From Felis catus (Eukaryota): 64,000 bases of DNA. The position numbers were made by a program, and so were the translations under genes. The stretch is from assembly GCF_018350175.1 (NCBI RefSeq), contig NC_058382.1, forward strand, positions 60,142,001-60,206,000, written 5' to 3'. Positions 12,432 through 23,862 of the stretch are shown here, piece by piece (the stretch's first letter is position 1; every line of letters starts with the position of its first letter). Under the pieces are notes generated by a model that saw only the letters and a list, made by a program, of their open reading frames with translations, was not told the origin of the DNA and searched no databases.

Positions 12432-12815
12432 CGAGTGTCCCGTGGCTGCGGTGACCGGTGAGCACGCGCCTGCAGGCTCACGCCGGAGGCTCGTTCTCTC
12501 ACGGTCTGGAGGTCACAAGCCCAGTGTGGGCTCACGGGGCTGCGGTCAGACTGTCACGGGGCTGGCTCCTCCCGGAGGCCCCAGGGGCGAATCGTTTCCT
12601 GTCTGCCCCAGCCTCCAGGCCTGCCGCACCCTTGGCGGGTGGCCCGTCCTCGTCCCCCGTCCCCCGTCCTCCAGGCCAGCGGTTGGCCCCTCTCTGCCCC
12701 TCCGCAGCTGGGAAACGTGGTGTGTGACGTGGGGCCCACCTGTTGCCGCGGGACACTCCCTGTCTCCGTGTCCTCGCCTTTGTCCTGCCTGCAGGTGCTT
12801 CTGCCACGTCTAGGA
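12432..12815. mobile_element. MLT1 (D/E-like) LTR remnant
   Basis: ttctctcacggtctggaggtcacaagcccagtgtgggctcacggggct… and ctcctcccggaggccccaggggcgaatcgtttcct… resemble the MLT1 consensus. Confidence 0.7.
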
Positions 12816-12820
12816 CGTGG

Positions 12821-12855
12821 TTAGGGTTCGGGTCAGGTTAGGGTTAGGGTTAGGG
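12821..12855 (+). repeat. Short interstitial telomeric-like repeat
   Basis: TTAGGG TTCGGG TCAGG TTAGGG TTAGGG TTAGGG: four perfect and two variant units. Confidence 0.8.
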
Positions 12856-14195
12856 TCTGGGGGGTTCATCTTCCTGGCACAGCTGGCTGGTATTAGAACA
12901 CGACACTGCCCGCAAGTGGTTTCTGAAGACACACGAGGAGGGGTGGTTGAGAGCCGTCTGCCGTCTTCTTTTCTGAGAGTCGAGCTCATCTGTGTTTTTC
13001 CAGCGGCGGACGCATCGTTACAGAAATAGGACTTTTGCTCGTCAAAAACTACAATGCCGTTTGAATACCACGGAGTGTGTTTTTATACAGACTGCTGGAG
13101 ATCTGTGTCCGGGCCCGCCTCTCCCGGGCTGAGCAGCCCCTTCCTCTCTCTCAGTGCCCTCGCCCTCTTCCTCAGCTCTGACCACTGGTGCGGGGGGCAG
13201 TCGGGCCAGTCGGGAGGCACGGTCATTCCCACCCTGCTGTGGACCGCCGGCAGGCATCCGTGATCCCGTGGTCGCGACGTTTGAAGGGGGGTGGGATACG
13301 GCCCCGGGTATAAACACGCACGGTTCACGGCAGCTCCCTCGTGAATGCAAAGCCACGGATGCCCTCACCCCTACCTCCCCGTCCGGCCTGCGGGGCAGCG
13401 AGGCGGTGGCCCACCTGCCCAGATGTTGGGGGGGTGGGGTGGGAATTGGGCCTGGGGGTGGGGTCGCTCACAAGTGGTGGGGTCACCCAGAACCCATCCC
13501 CCGGGGCCTCATCTGCTGCCTCCTGTCGGCACGGCCCACAGTGGGTGTCCCGGGGACTCGGGGCCTCCCGTCCCCCGGGGGTTCCCCTCCATCAGCGTCT
13601 CGGACCTCCCTCCCGATGGCAGCTCCTCACCCTGAGCCCCTCTCCGCACCGCCCGCAGCCGTGGGGTCCCTGACTCAGGCACGTCTCCGCTTTGCTTCAT
13701 AACTGCGGGTGTCCGCTGCCCCGTTTCTTTGTGTGCCTGGCTCTTGAGCACTCTGGGGGCTCCCGGCGGATGCAGGTCGAGGACGTGCCGCCGTTTTCTG
13801 TCCCCTCCAGGCTGCCTTCAGGCTCTGCCCCCGAGAACCTCAAAGAGCAGTGGTTTCTGGGAGGTGTCCGGGGCTCCTGCCTCTGTCCCACGTCCCTCTG
13901 CCTCCTTGCCCCTCTCTCGGCACCCTCGGCCCCGTCCCTGAGCTCACTCGTGTCCAGTGTGTGGGTGCTTGAGGGGGTCACTTGCACGCGTTGCACAAGT
14001 CGGTCACGCCGCACACGCCCAGCGCTCACACTCGCGCCATACAGGCGCTGGGTTGCCGGTGGGATGTCATTCCAGGGTCATTCACGAGACAGACGGGCCC
14101 CGTGGCGTGGTCCTGGGCCCGTCCCCCGTGGTTCACGTGGTCACGGCGGAGTGGCTCCGGTGTCTGTGCTGACGGGGTCTGCTTTGTCTCTCCAG

Positions 14196-14339
14196 GTGCT
14201 GCAGGGGGCCCAGCTGATAGCCGTGGCCTCTTCTGACCCCGCTGCCGCGGGGGTGGACGGCTCACCTCTCCAGGGCAGCGACATCCAGGTCCAGTACGTC
14301 CAGCTGGCTCCGGTGACTGACCACACCGCTGCAGCTCAG
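14196..14339 (+). CDS. BANP: BANP penultimate coding exon (48 codons, phase 0/0): VLQGAQLIAVASSDPAAAGVDGSPLQGSDIQVQYVQLAPVTDHTAAAQ
   Basis: The translation matches the recalled C-terminal region of mammalian BANP/SMAR1. The acceptor is ctttgtctctccag|GTG (AG at 14194-14195) and the donor is CAG|gtgggt (GT at 14340-14341). Length is 144 nt. Confidence 0.96.
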
Positions 14340-17300
14340 GTGGGTCCCACCCCTCGTGGAAGCACACACCCTGTCTGGATAGGTCCCGGGGCTTCTGCAG
14401 CTCTGAGCACAGCCTGGGCGTTTCTCCTTCTGATGTCCCCCCACGAGCAAGGTCCATTGTCACGGAAAGGCACGTGACTTGGACACGGGCACCGACGTGG
14501 GCGGTAGTTTTTGTAAGTGCCCGAAGCAGTGAAGGCGAAGGCTTGGTTCCCGGCCCACGTGCCGCCCGGTGTTCATCTGTAAGACCAGGGGCCAGCGTCC
14601 GGTTGTGCCTCTTGACCCCACGGGGCCAGCTCCTGGGGACTGCAGGACGAGAGGGTCCCTGTTTACCCGAGGTCTCGCTGCTGCTCTGAGAGTGGCAGGG
14701 CCCAGAGGTCAGCACTCGTGCAGACAACAGGCTCTGCCTTTGTGGCTTTTGTGGCTCGGCCTTGTCCCTTTCCCAGGGGCGGGTTGTGGGTCCTTGTCCC
14801 CAGTGGCTCTTCTCTGTGGCACAAATGCAGCATGGCGCTTCACTCGGTCCTGAGGGGCCCCGTCTGGCCTGGTTTCCAGCCTCCCGCCTGGGCGCCTCCT
14901 GCGTGGCAGCCGAAGGCCTCGCGGGGAGCCACACGGGCGTTGGGGCCCGGGGTTCCCTCCGCTCAGTTTGTGCGTACTCCGCGCACCGTCTGATGGGCTG
15001 AGCGCTGGCTCCCCGGCCCCCACCTCCCGTCCCAGAAACCACTCGTCTCCGCGCTCTCCTAGAAGCACAGGAAACGGTCTGGACACGTCCCGAGATGTCA
15101 GATAAGGGGGCTGCTGCTTGGGGATTTGACACGTTTATAGAGCTGCCCCCTGGTGAGTGCGCTTGGCCGGATGAACACCGTGAACGACCTCTCCTCGGAT
15201 CTCCTGGGTCTGGGGAGCCAGGCCCGGGCCCCCCACGCTAGGGCCAAGAGCCCGCTGGAGGCCCCCTCGAGGGGACGCCATGCTCTCGATCCGATGGGGC
15301 GACTGTGTGTTTGTGAGAGTAACCTAGGACGGGTCCCCGGACCGCGGGGGTCGCTGGCACAAAGCTCAGGCCGCGGGTGGCCCGTGTTCTGAAACCTCGC
15401 GGGCCTTCCTGCCAAGCCCAGGCCGAGATCACCTCTGACGCAGGAGTCCCGTCTGCCCCGAGTGTTGGCTGGTCGGCTCCTGCCGGCCTTCTCGTATACC
15501 CTGCCGTCCTCTGGGCCTGCTCCTGTACTCCTGCATCCCGGCACTGAGGAGCGGTGTGTGTCTCGATGCCACGGGCCTCTGACGCGCGGAACCGAGGCCC
15601 CGGATTTCCACGCAGCCCTCTCCCCTCTCGCGCTCCGCTCGGGCCCCGTGCCGGTGCTGTGCGTGTGCTCAGCTCTCGGCAGGAAGGAAAATTCTTCTCT
15701 GCTTTCCTTGCAACCTCATGAGGTGGTTGCCGAGGAATGGAGTTCAGTGGAGCCAGCCAGGGTGCTCGGGGCGACCTTGTGATCGGGTGGCCGGCTGGGT
15801 GGACTAGGCGCTCTCGGGAGACCTTGGTTTTTTACCTCCTAATGCGCGGCGAGGCCCCAGCTGGCAAACGCGGTTCCTGGAGAAGGCGCCGCCTCTCCGC
15901 CTCTCGGTCCCCACCACCCACCAGGCCACCCCGGCCACCCCCACGTGAGGGGCCACCGCAGCCCGGTGTGGCTTTTGTGAAGCGGTGACCGCAGCGGCCC
16001 ACCCCACCCTGGACGTGAACCAAGAAGGGTTGGATGTGACCGGGAGCCCACGGTGTTGGGGGATGAGGTGGCATTCTCTCTGGCTGGCCCATTTCGGTGG
16101 TTTGAGCATTAACTTGTCCTGGAAGAGAGAGCCCCCCTGCAGGCCCGCCTTGTCCCACGCCGGGTGGCTCGTGTGATGCCCCGTGTGGTCGTAAGCGGGG
16201 TCATTGCACGAAGGCGGTTCTCCTCCCCGCTGCCCAGCAGTTGCAGAAGGGTCACACGGCGTGCGCCACAGACCGAGGATGCCGTGTGCCGAGCTGTCTC
16301 ACCGGCCTGGGTCCGCGGTCATTTGACACATTTCAGAGTGGAGGAAGGCCGTGTCCATCTTCGCTCTTTGCCACCCTGGGCCTCCTGTGTTCTTGGTCTA
16401 CATTCCTGCCTGGCCGGTCTCAGGACCCACTTAGCGCGTCTGTATAAGAACAGGCCAGAGAATGAGGTTTGCACCCACTGGGGTGTTTTCCCTGTAGCGG
16501 ACCCCATTCGGCATGGGCTTGAATAGTCAGTGGGTTACACGGCAGCAGGGTGGCCCCAGGCCCGGCCCCCCATGCATGTCCCCGGAGCCCGCTGCTCCTG
16601 TCCCCTCACCTTCCGTGGCCCCGCTGGTGCCTCACACAGACGCGACCACGTCTGCAAAGGGAAAGGGCTCCTGTTTCTTCATCGGCACCAAGGCCTCCGC
16701 TCCTGTAGGTTTCCTCTCGGTTCGGGTTTGCCCATCAGAACGGGGTCACATACCCGAACTCGCTCCTGGAAGAGATGAGAGTCCCCCAGGAGCCCCCCAG
16801 GAGCTGTAAGAGCCGTCAAGCTCCTGAGAGGATGGGCTTCTCTTGGGCAGGAGGCCAGGGCACTGGCCCCATGGAGCGGCCAGTAGGAAGGGCAGTGAGT
16901 GCCTGTGCCCAGGCAGGTGCCCGAGTTCTCACCTTTGTGGGTGCCCAGGGCTCCCCACTGCCTCCGTCCCCTCAAACGTCTCAAAAGTTCTGACTCGTCT
17001 GCTTGGAGCCCTTTCTCTACGTTTCCTGCCCGAGACACAGGTCTGGTGCTGCGTTTTGAGAACACAGGAGAAGGGAGGGGTCCTCATCAGAGCGTGGGTG
17101 TTCCTGAATCCCAGGCAGGTCCCCACCTCATCTGTGCTCCGCCTTCTGTTTGCCTGGGTCCAAAGCTGCCTTTCTGGTTTTTCAAGGGCGGGGAAGGACT
17201 CTCGCTCCCACAGGGGCCTCTCTGCCCGGCCTGTAACCCACCCTGCCCCCTCTGCCTGCAGCCGCCAACACGGCTGAGTCCACTTTCCCAGAAATTTCCC

Positions 17301-18250
17301 AGAGATGTGTGGTCGCCTCCGCTGTGCCTCGCAGGTTCATGCTCTGGCCGTTCTTGCCCGCCCTCAGTCCTGGGCTCCGTGGGCCGTGTGGCTCATGCCT
17401 GTGCCACGTCCTTCCACTGCAAGGGCCCCTCCCGCTTTCAGGACGCACCGCGTGCAATGTCATTTGATATCCAGATTTCAAAACTGAAGCGTTAGTCTGC
17501 GGCAAGAGCTGCAGGGGGCTCCTGCCCGCCGGCATCCGTGGCTGTCTGCCTCTTTCCTCCTTCACACCCGCATGCCTGGCCTCTGCAACCAAGTTTCCTG
17601 CCAGGGCAGCCGGAAACCCACCTCTGAGGGTCCGATCTTTGTGACGTTGCCTTTGGCCAACGGCGTAGGGGAGCCTGAAGAGAAAACCCAGTTATTCTCT
17701 GTTTCGGGGCTTGTTCGGGATGATTGAGCTGGATGATTGGTGACTTACTCCAAGTCGTATTTTTCCCTTTATGTTAAAACTGTGAATATGCACTTAAGGT
17801 CCTTTTAATATCTGTAGATCATTGATTAGAACTTCTCTCGTTAAGGAGAGAAAGGTGACTGCCCCTGAAACGTTTTCTGGAACGTTGGGGCAGTTTTTAT
17901 AAGAAGGCAAAACGGTGACCGAAATTCTAGGTAAATAGGACGGGTTAAGTACTCCAAAGGCATTCCCCAGTGATGCGCAGGGGTGGGACTGGGAAATTAG
18001 CACAGAACCTCGTTGGGCCACAGAGCACGTGTGGGGAGGGTCGGTGGGTAAAGAGGGGCCACGGCCCCTGGGAGAGTCTTCTCCCAGAGCGGTGAACCTA
18101 CGACTCTTGGCCCTCTCTAGCCCTGTTGTGTGTGTTTGTTCCATGCGCGAGAGCCATTGGTGTTCTGTGACCTGTGAGTGACCTGGATGTGACCCGGACT
18201 TGCGTTGGTGGGTACTTTTATAGAAAGCCCTCCTCTCTCCCCTCTTGCAG
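14340..18250 (+). other. BANP: BANP last intron (GT…AG, 3911 nt)
   Basis: GT at 14340 and AG at 18249-18250 join the two exons in frame. Confidence 0.92.
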
Positions 18251-18322
18251 ACGGCTGAGACCCTGCAGCCCACCCTGCAGCCGGAAATGCAGCTTGAGCA
18301 TGGAGCGATCCAGATCCAGTAG
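18251..18322 (+). CDS. BANP: BANP terminal coding exon: TAETLQPTLQPEMQLEHGAIQIQ*
   Basis: A polypyrimidine tract and ttgcag acceptor end at 18250. The exon is in frame with the upstream exon and matches the recalled BANP C-terminus (…LQPTLQPEMQLEHGAIQIQ). TAG is at 18320-18322. Confidence 0.96.
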   Translation, partial: TAETLQPTLQPEMQLEHGAIQIQ

Positions 18323-18892
18323 GCGGGCCGGGCCACCCACCCACAACAGAACCTAAGACAGAGCCGCTGCCGTGCTCAGCGCTGGCCCCGGCCAGCCACC
18401 CTGTTCTCCACGCGCCCTGGTCCCATGGCTTTGCACGGAGGTGACTGCACATGCTCTGTTCGAGTGCATCTGAAAGCCTCACCCGCCGGGGAGAGTGTCC
18501 CAATGCATACAAGGTGACAGTAACGGCCGCTGCCCCTGCCGGAAGACCCTTACTTTTTGTCCCGCTGTCGGCGTCTAGAGAAGAGTGGGGAGGCACAGCG
18601 TGCGTTGCATCGAGTACGTGCGGAAAATCAAGAACTACGATATTTTTCTCTGTTCAAACAGCTTTTTTAATTTGCTATGGTGTTTATAACAAAAAAGAAA
18701 ATTGAAAAAAAAAAGTGGAGTAGCAGAAGCCTTTTGCTGTGTGCTCTGTTCAGTGTAACGAAAATAGGTATTTGCAGAAGACAACTAACGATTTTGATGG
18801 AAATATTGCTTACCTACTTTTCTAGGGGGAAATGCTCTCAAAACTGTTAATTATGCATTTCTAATGAAATAAAATGTATTTATGACCACAGC
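18323..18892 (+). other. BANP: BANP 3' UTR (end approximate)
   Basis: Runs from the stop codon to ~15-20 nt past AATAAA. The distal half (18630-18890) is AU-rich against a GC-rich background. Confidence 0.8.
18868..18873 (+). terminator. BANP: Polyadenylation signal AATAAA of BANP
   Basis: Canonical hexamer at the end of the AU-rich UTR. It is followed by CA dinucleotides (~18887-18890) and a U/GU-rich downstream element (gctttgtatcctttcct). Confidence 0.85.
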
Positions 18893-19749
18893 AGCTTTGT
18901 ATCCTTTCCTCTTGAGAGGTGGTTCACCCTGAGGCTGGCCTCATTCCTGGCGGGTGCTTGGGAAGTCACCCGATAGGCCCTTTCGGCCGTGCTGACGCTG
19001 GAGGCAGGGTCCTTGTCAAAGAAAGGGTCGTGGCTGTTTCTTGCAGTCCGGTGTAATGGGGCCCGGGAATGGCTTCCCCAGATGCCGAGCACCGCGCCAT
19101 GGCACGCCCCCTCTCGAACACGGGTGCCCCTCGGGACAGCGTGAGCCTGTCTCGGTATTGGGGGAGTTTCCGCAGGCAGACTGTGCTGGTGAATGACACG
19201 GGCCTCTCCCAGCTGTACGGAGTTACAGCTCTGGGGATCCTTAGGGAAACTCACACCCAAAGAAGCAGGCTTTAGCGTCTATATTTTAAGAAGAAAGATA
19301 GTTCCAAAACCGAAGTCCCAGAGGTGCTTCGCATGACGTGTCCCCGGCAGTGTCTGGGCCGCTCGGTCCCCTCTGTTCTGGCAGTTACCCTGGCGGCTCC
19401 GGGAGATTCCCACCAGGAAGTTGTGTTCACCTACTCGGGCGCGCTCCAAGTTGTCATCTCAAACAGTTGGTATCTCCCACACCACCCCGTTGGGGGTTGC
19501 TGCGCCGGGTAGTTTAGACCAGCGCCTGCTAAGGGGTGACGGCGGGCTCGGGCAGCAGCTCCCGGGAGTGGGGCGGTGCCTCCGCGTGCCACGCCTCCAT
19601 CCACCCTCCAGGGACGAGCAGAGCACCGTGGGGGTGAGGACAGTCCCTGGGAGGGGCCATCCTCCCGCAGATGTAAATGGGAGAGAGGACCGGCTCCACA
19701 AGGCTGGAGGAAGATCCCGTTCATGCGTCTGCAATCGCGGACGGAGGTT

Positions 19750-20605
19750 AGGGGAGAAAGATGACGTTTACAGGATTCCGGACACAGAGCAGATCCCAAG
19801 GAGAAGTAAAAGGAAGCTAATGCTTGCACGCCCACACATCGTTAAAGGCAGAGTTCACTCTGAAGGCAGCCGGAGAGAAAGGACATGCCCCCCGCGGTGG
19901 GGTGGCTCCCAGCAGCAGCACGGGCCACCTCTCCACGCCCACTGGAAGTCGGGAGCACAGGCTGCTGCCAGCAGGGCACTGAGAGAAAGAACTTCTCGAC
20001 GCCAAATTGAGCGTTCACTAAAACTGAATGTCGTTCAGGGATACTGGAATGTCGTTCAGGGGGACGGCGTTCGTACACCCGAGAGAATTGAAAGCACACG
20101 GCCACACGTAAAAACATGTTCACAGATGGTCGCCGTGGTGGCATTGCTCACGGCCCAACAGTGGAGACAGCCACGTGTCTCTCGGCAGACGAGTGGGTAA
20201 GCTGAGTGTGACCTGGCCACACACAAAATGAATTTTATTTGGCCATAAAAAGGAATGAGGGTCGGACATGGGTTATAACACAGGTGAGCCTCAAAAACGT
20301 CCTCCTGAGTGAAAGAAGCCAGACACAGTAGGCCGCACATCACAGGACCCCGTTTCTGTGAACCGTTTCGAACAGGCCAGTCGGCAGAGGCAGCAGAAGC
20401 AGATCACTGGGCGCAGGGGCCGCGGAGGGGAGAGATGGGCCGTGACTGCTCGTGGGGGCGGGCTTTCGTGTGGGGTGGCGAGAAGGCTTTGGAATTCAGT
20501 GGTGACGTTGGCCCAGCTCTGTAAATGCACCAAGAGTCACTGAAATATACACGTAAAAAGGTGAAATTTTTGGCATATCACTTGTATCTCAAAGCCATTA
20601 AAGAA
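19750..20605 (+). mobile_element. LINE-1 3' end relic (L1MB/L1MC-like)
   Basis: Diagnostic 3' UTR motifs: ggccataaaaaggaatgagg, tgagtgaaagaagccagacaca, cactgaaatatacac…aaaaaggtgaaattttt…tatctcaaa. Confidence 0.85.
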
Positions 20606-20609
20606 TTGG

Positions 20610-21335
20610 ATGGCATTTCAAAAACCTCTCATAAACAAAATGAAGGTATTACCTACAGATGATCCCTCCCATAAAGGAAATTGCAAGGAATTTTCTTCAA
20701 GAGCAAGAATGTAGACCCAGGAGGAGGCACAAACGGTAACGAACACAGGTAATGCCTAAGTGCCCTGCCTAAAACCGTCTGACATTGAAATTTTCAAACC
20801 CGATAAAATACTGGAGAAAATTGCCTTGTAAGTTGGGACAGGCAGGAAGGAGCTAAACTTTTAAAGCCCCTTTTTATTGCCCTGGAGACAAAGGATCAAG
20901 ATCCTGTACGGTTTTAAGATGCCAGGCTTAATATCCTTGACAAACATTTAAGAAGCGCAGTATAGAGGAAGTGTTAGGCGTGGGGTATCTGGACAACGTG
21001 CTGAAGAAACTCAGCCGAGCTGACGGCAGAGCGCCGCGTCCGGCGGTCGAAGAGTGCGCAGTCTGCCCGCGTGCCAGACCATAAAGCAGGTCTCTACAGA
21101 CCGCCCAGGGCTGAGATCCTGCCGCCTGCAACTCTCTGACCACGTGGGATTAAGTTAAAAGTTAATGAGAGGAAAGGAGTATGTGTGCAAAGGTTTGCAG
21201 ATTAAGTCATGTGCTTTTAAAATCACCCGGGGGTCAAATAAATGGAAATCGGTATTTTTAATTACCAATTAAAAATGGCAGGTTGACATATCAAAACTTG
21301 TGCAACACGTTGAGAATTGTGAGTTGGTTTAGAAA
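20610..21335 (+). mobile_element. Ancient L1M relic, ORF1 end to ORF2 5' part
   Basis: ctctctgaccacgtgggattaagttaaaagttaat and acatatcaaaacttgtg (TYQNLW-like, seen in ORF 21283 as TYQNLCN). Confidence 0.65.
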
Positions 21336-22153
21336 AGGTTTATATTTCCTTCTGATACGTTCCCAGAACTGGGGCTCCTGGGCCCTACAGTCATTTCTTT
21401 TCTACCTTCTTGAGGAACCTCCACACTGTTTCCCTGAGCGGCGGCACCACTTTGCGGTCCCACCCGCAGAGCACAAGGGCTCCCTTTTCTCCACACCCTC
21501 GTCGGCGTTCTCTCTCGTCTTTTTGGCGATGGCCGTGCTGACAGCTGTGGTTTTGGTTTGCGTTTCCCTGTTGTCCAGCGAGCATGAGGGTCTTTCCATG
21601 TGCCTGTGGACCTTTCGTAGATCTTCTTTGGAGGAATGTCTGTTCAGGTCCTTTGTCCATTTTTTTAATTGGGTTATCCTTTTTTTTTTTTGCTGTCAAA
21701 TTGTGTGAATTCTTTGTGTTTTGACACTAACTCCTCATCAGATAACCTGCTTTGCAGATGTTTTTTTCTCATCCTGTAGCTTGTCTTTCCACTTTGTTGG
21801 TGATTCCTTATGCTGGGCGAAAGCTTTTTAGTTGGATGTGGTCCCTGGTCCCACCGGTTATGTTTTATCTTGTCGCCTGTGCTGCGAGCGTCTGTCCAGA
21901 CCACCGTTTCTGAGACCCGTGTCAAGGAGCTTTGTTCCTGTGTTTTCCTTCTAGGAGTTCATGGTTTCAGGTCTCACATTGAAGTCTTTAATCAATTTCA
22001 AGTTAGTTTTTGCGAGTGGTGTAAAATGTGGGTCCAGTGTGATTCTTTTGCACGTGAATACCTAATTACCCCAATACCACTTACGGTAGAGGTGGTCTTT
22101 TGTCCAGTGAGTATTCTTGCCGCTTTTATTCGACACAGGACTGGCGAGAGCGG

Positions 22154-22886
22154 TTAGAAGACCAGAACCAGCCTATGATTGAGCGATTCCATTTGTGGGA
22201 GTATATCCCAGGGAGACAAGAACACTAACTCAAAAAGCTATCTGCACCCCTGCGTTCATGGCAGCATTGTTTACAGTCATCGAGACCTAGCGGCAACCTA
22301 AGTGTCCACGGGTAGACGAATGGATAAAGAAGATGTGGTGTATGTCCACCGTGGAAATGCATTCTCTTGTAGAAAAAAAGAAACCTACCGCTTGCAACAA
22401 CACGGATGGACCTTGAAGGAATTAGGCTAAGTAAAATGAGTCAGAGAAAGACACCGTGTGGTGTCACTTGTAGGTGGAATCTAAAACAAACGAAAGGCCA
22501 AACTCCTAGAAAAAGATCAGACTTGTGGTTACCAGGTGGGGGCGGGGAAGGGCGGGGAAACTGGAGGAAGACGGTCAAAAGGTCCAAACTTCCGGCTATA
22601 AAGCAAGCGAGTACTGGGGATGTAACGAACAACATGACGACTATAGTTACCACTGCTTTACGACATACGCGACAGCTAGGAGAGTAAATCCTGAGAGTTC
22701 TGAAATTTGTCCCCTTTTTCTTTTTCTTCTTTTTTTTGTATTTATGTGAGAAGATGGATGTTAGATGAACCTAGTATGGTAATTCTTCCACGATATATGT
22801 AAATCAAGCCATCACGCCGTGTGCGTTCAACTTGTATAACGATGTGTGTCTATCAATTATTTTTCAGTAAAGCTGGAAGAAAAAAG
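22154..22886 (+). mobile_element. 5'-truncated LINE-1 3' end (L1MA9/L1_Carn-like) nested in the antisense L1
   Basis: gttcatggcagcattgtttaca, gcaacctaagtgtcca, gaatggataaagaagatgtggt, atggaccttgaaggaattaggctaagt (MDLEGI.LS), ending caattat…taaagctggaagaaaaaa. Confidence 0.9.
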
Positions 22887-23827
22887 AGGAGGCATCTTGC
22901 CTTGTTCCTGATCTTAGACGATAAGCTTTCAGCCTTTTACCACTAGGGATGATGTTAGCTCTGGGCTTGTCACACACAGCCTTCATTAGGACGAAGTGTG
23001 TTCCTTCTATACCTTATTTGTGGAGAGGGTTTTTATCATGAAAGGGCGTTGGAATTTGCCGCATGCCTTTTCTGCGTCTACTGAGGTGATCGTACAGTTT
23101 CTATTCTACGTTTTATTAGCGAGGTAGGTCATGCTTGTTGACGGACGTGTATTGAATCCTCCGCACATCCCAGGGATGACTCCCACTTGATCATGGTGTA
23201 GGATCTGCTGGTTCTTGTGTTGAGAAGTTTCACATCGACAGTCATCGGGCATATCGGCTTATACTTTGCTTGTCTCTTCGTCTGGCTTTGATATCAGGGT
23301 AATGCTGGCCTTGTAAAATGAGTTTGGGCGTGTCCTCTCAAGTTTTCTGGAAGAGGTTGAGGAGGATTGGCGTAAATTCTTTAAATGTTTGGAAGAATTC
23401 ATCAGCGTAGCCATCTGGCTGGGGCTGCTCTGCGTTGGGAAGGTTTTGATGACTGTTTAATGTCCCTGTTCCTGGTCTGTTCACATTTTATTTCTTCATG
23501 ATTTAAGAAATAAATCAAGTGGTGGCAAGCCGTATGTTTCTAGGAACGTATCCGTTTCTGCTGGGTCATCTAGTTGGTAGGCACATAATTGCTCCTGGTA
23601 ATCTCCTAGGATCCTTTGCATTTCCAATTTTGTTTGAGTCTCTCTCCTTTCTTCTTAGTCTAGTGAAAGGTTTGTCCGTTTTGTTTATCTTTTCGAAAAA
23701 ACAGCACCACCCACTGCATGTGCATGTATATATCCTGCCATATCCTTTTAGTGTATTGGGGAACGAATTAACCCTTTTGTTATTTCATAGTCACCTTCTT
23801 TGTCTCGTTACAGTTTTGGACTTGAAG

Positions 23828-23862
<35 letters not shown>

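Larger units (their letters stand above)
1..14195 (+). other. BANP: BANP intron (upstream part lies outside the window)
   Basis: I did not find the preceding BANP exon (recalled as …GNLQIHHVGQDGQ) in the window. The intron ends at the 14195 acceptor. Confidence 0.8.

Noticed and set aside
13692..14477. 261-aa ORF as a standalone gene
   Set aside because: Only 14196-14339 matches BANP, and it is bounded by canonical splice sites. The rest is intronic read-through in GC-rich sequence.
14026..15132. 368-aa minus-strand ORF antisense to the BANP exon
   Set aside because: R/P/G/A-rich composition typical of GC-rich noise, a non-ATG start, and no recognisable domain.
20026..20061. Direct repeat GAATGTCGTTCAGGG x2
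   Set aside because: A simple local tandem duplication inside an L1 relic, with no evidence of function.
21340..22886. Twin-primed (5'-inverted) single L1 insertion
   Set aside because: The antisense L1 continues collinearly after 22886, so a nested insertion of a separate sense L1 is the simpler explanation.
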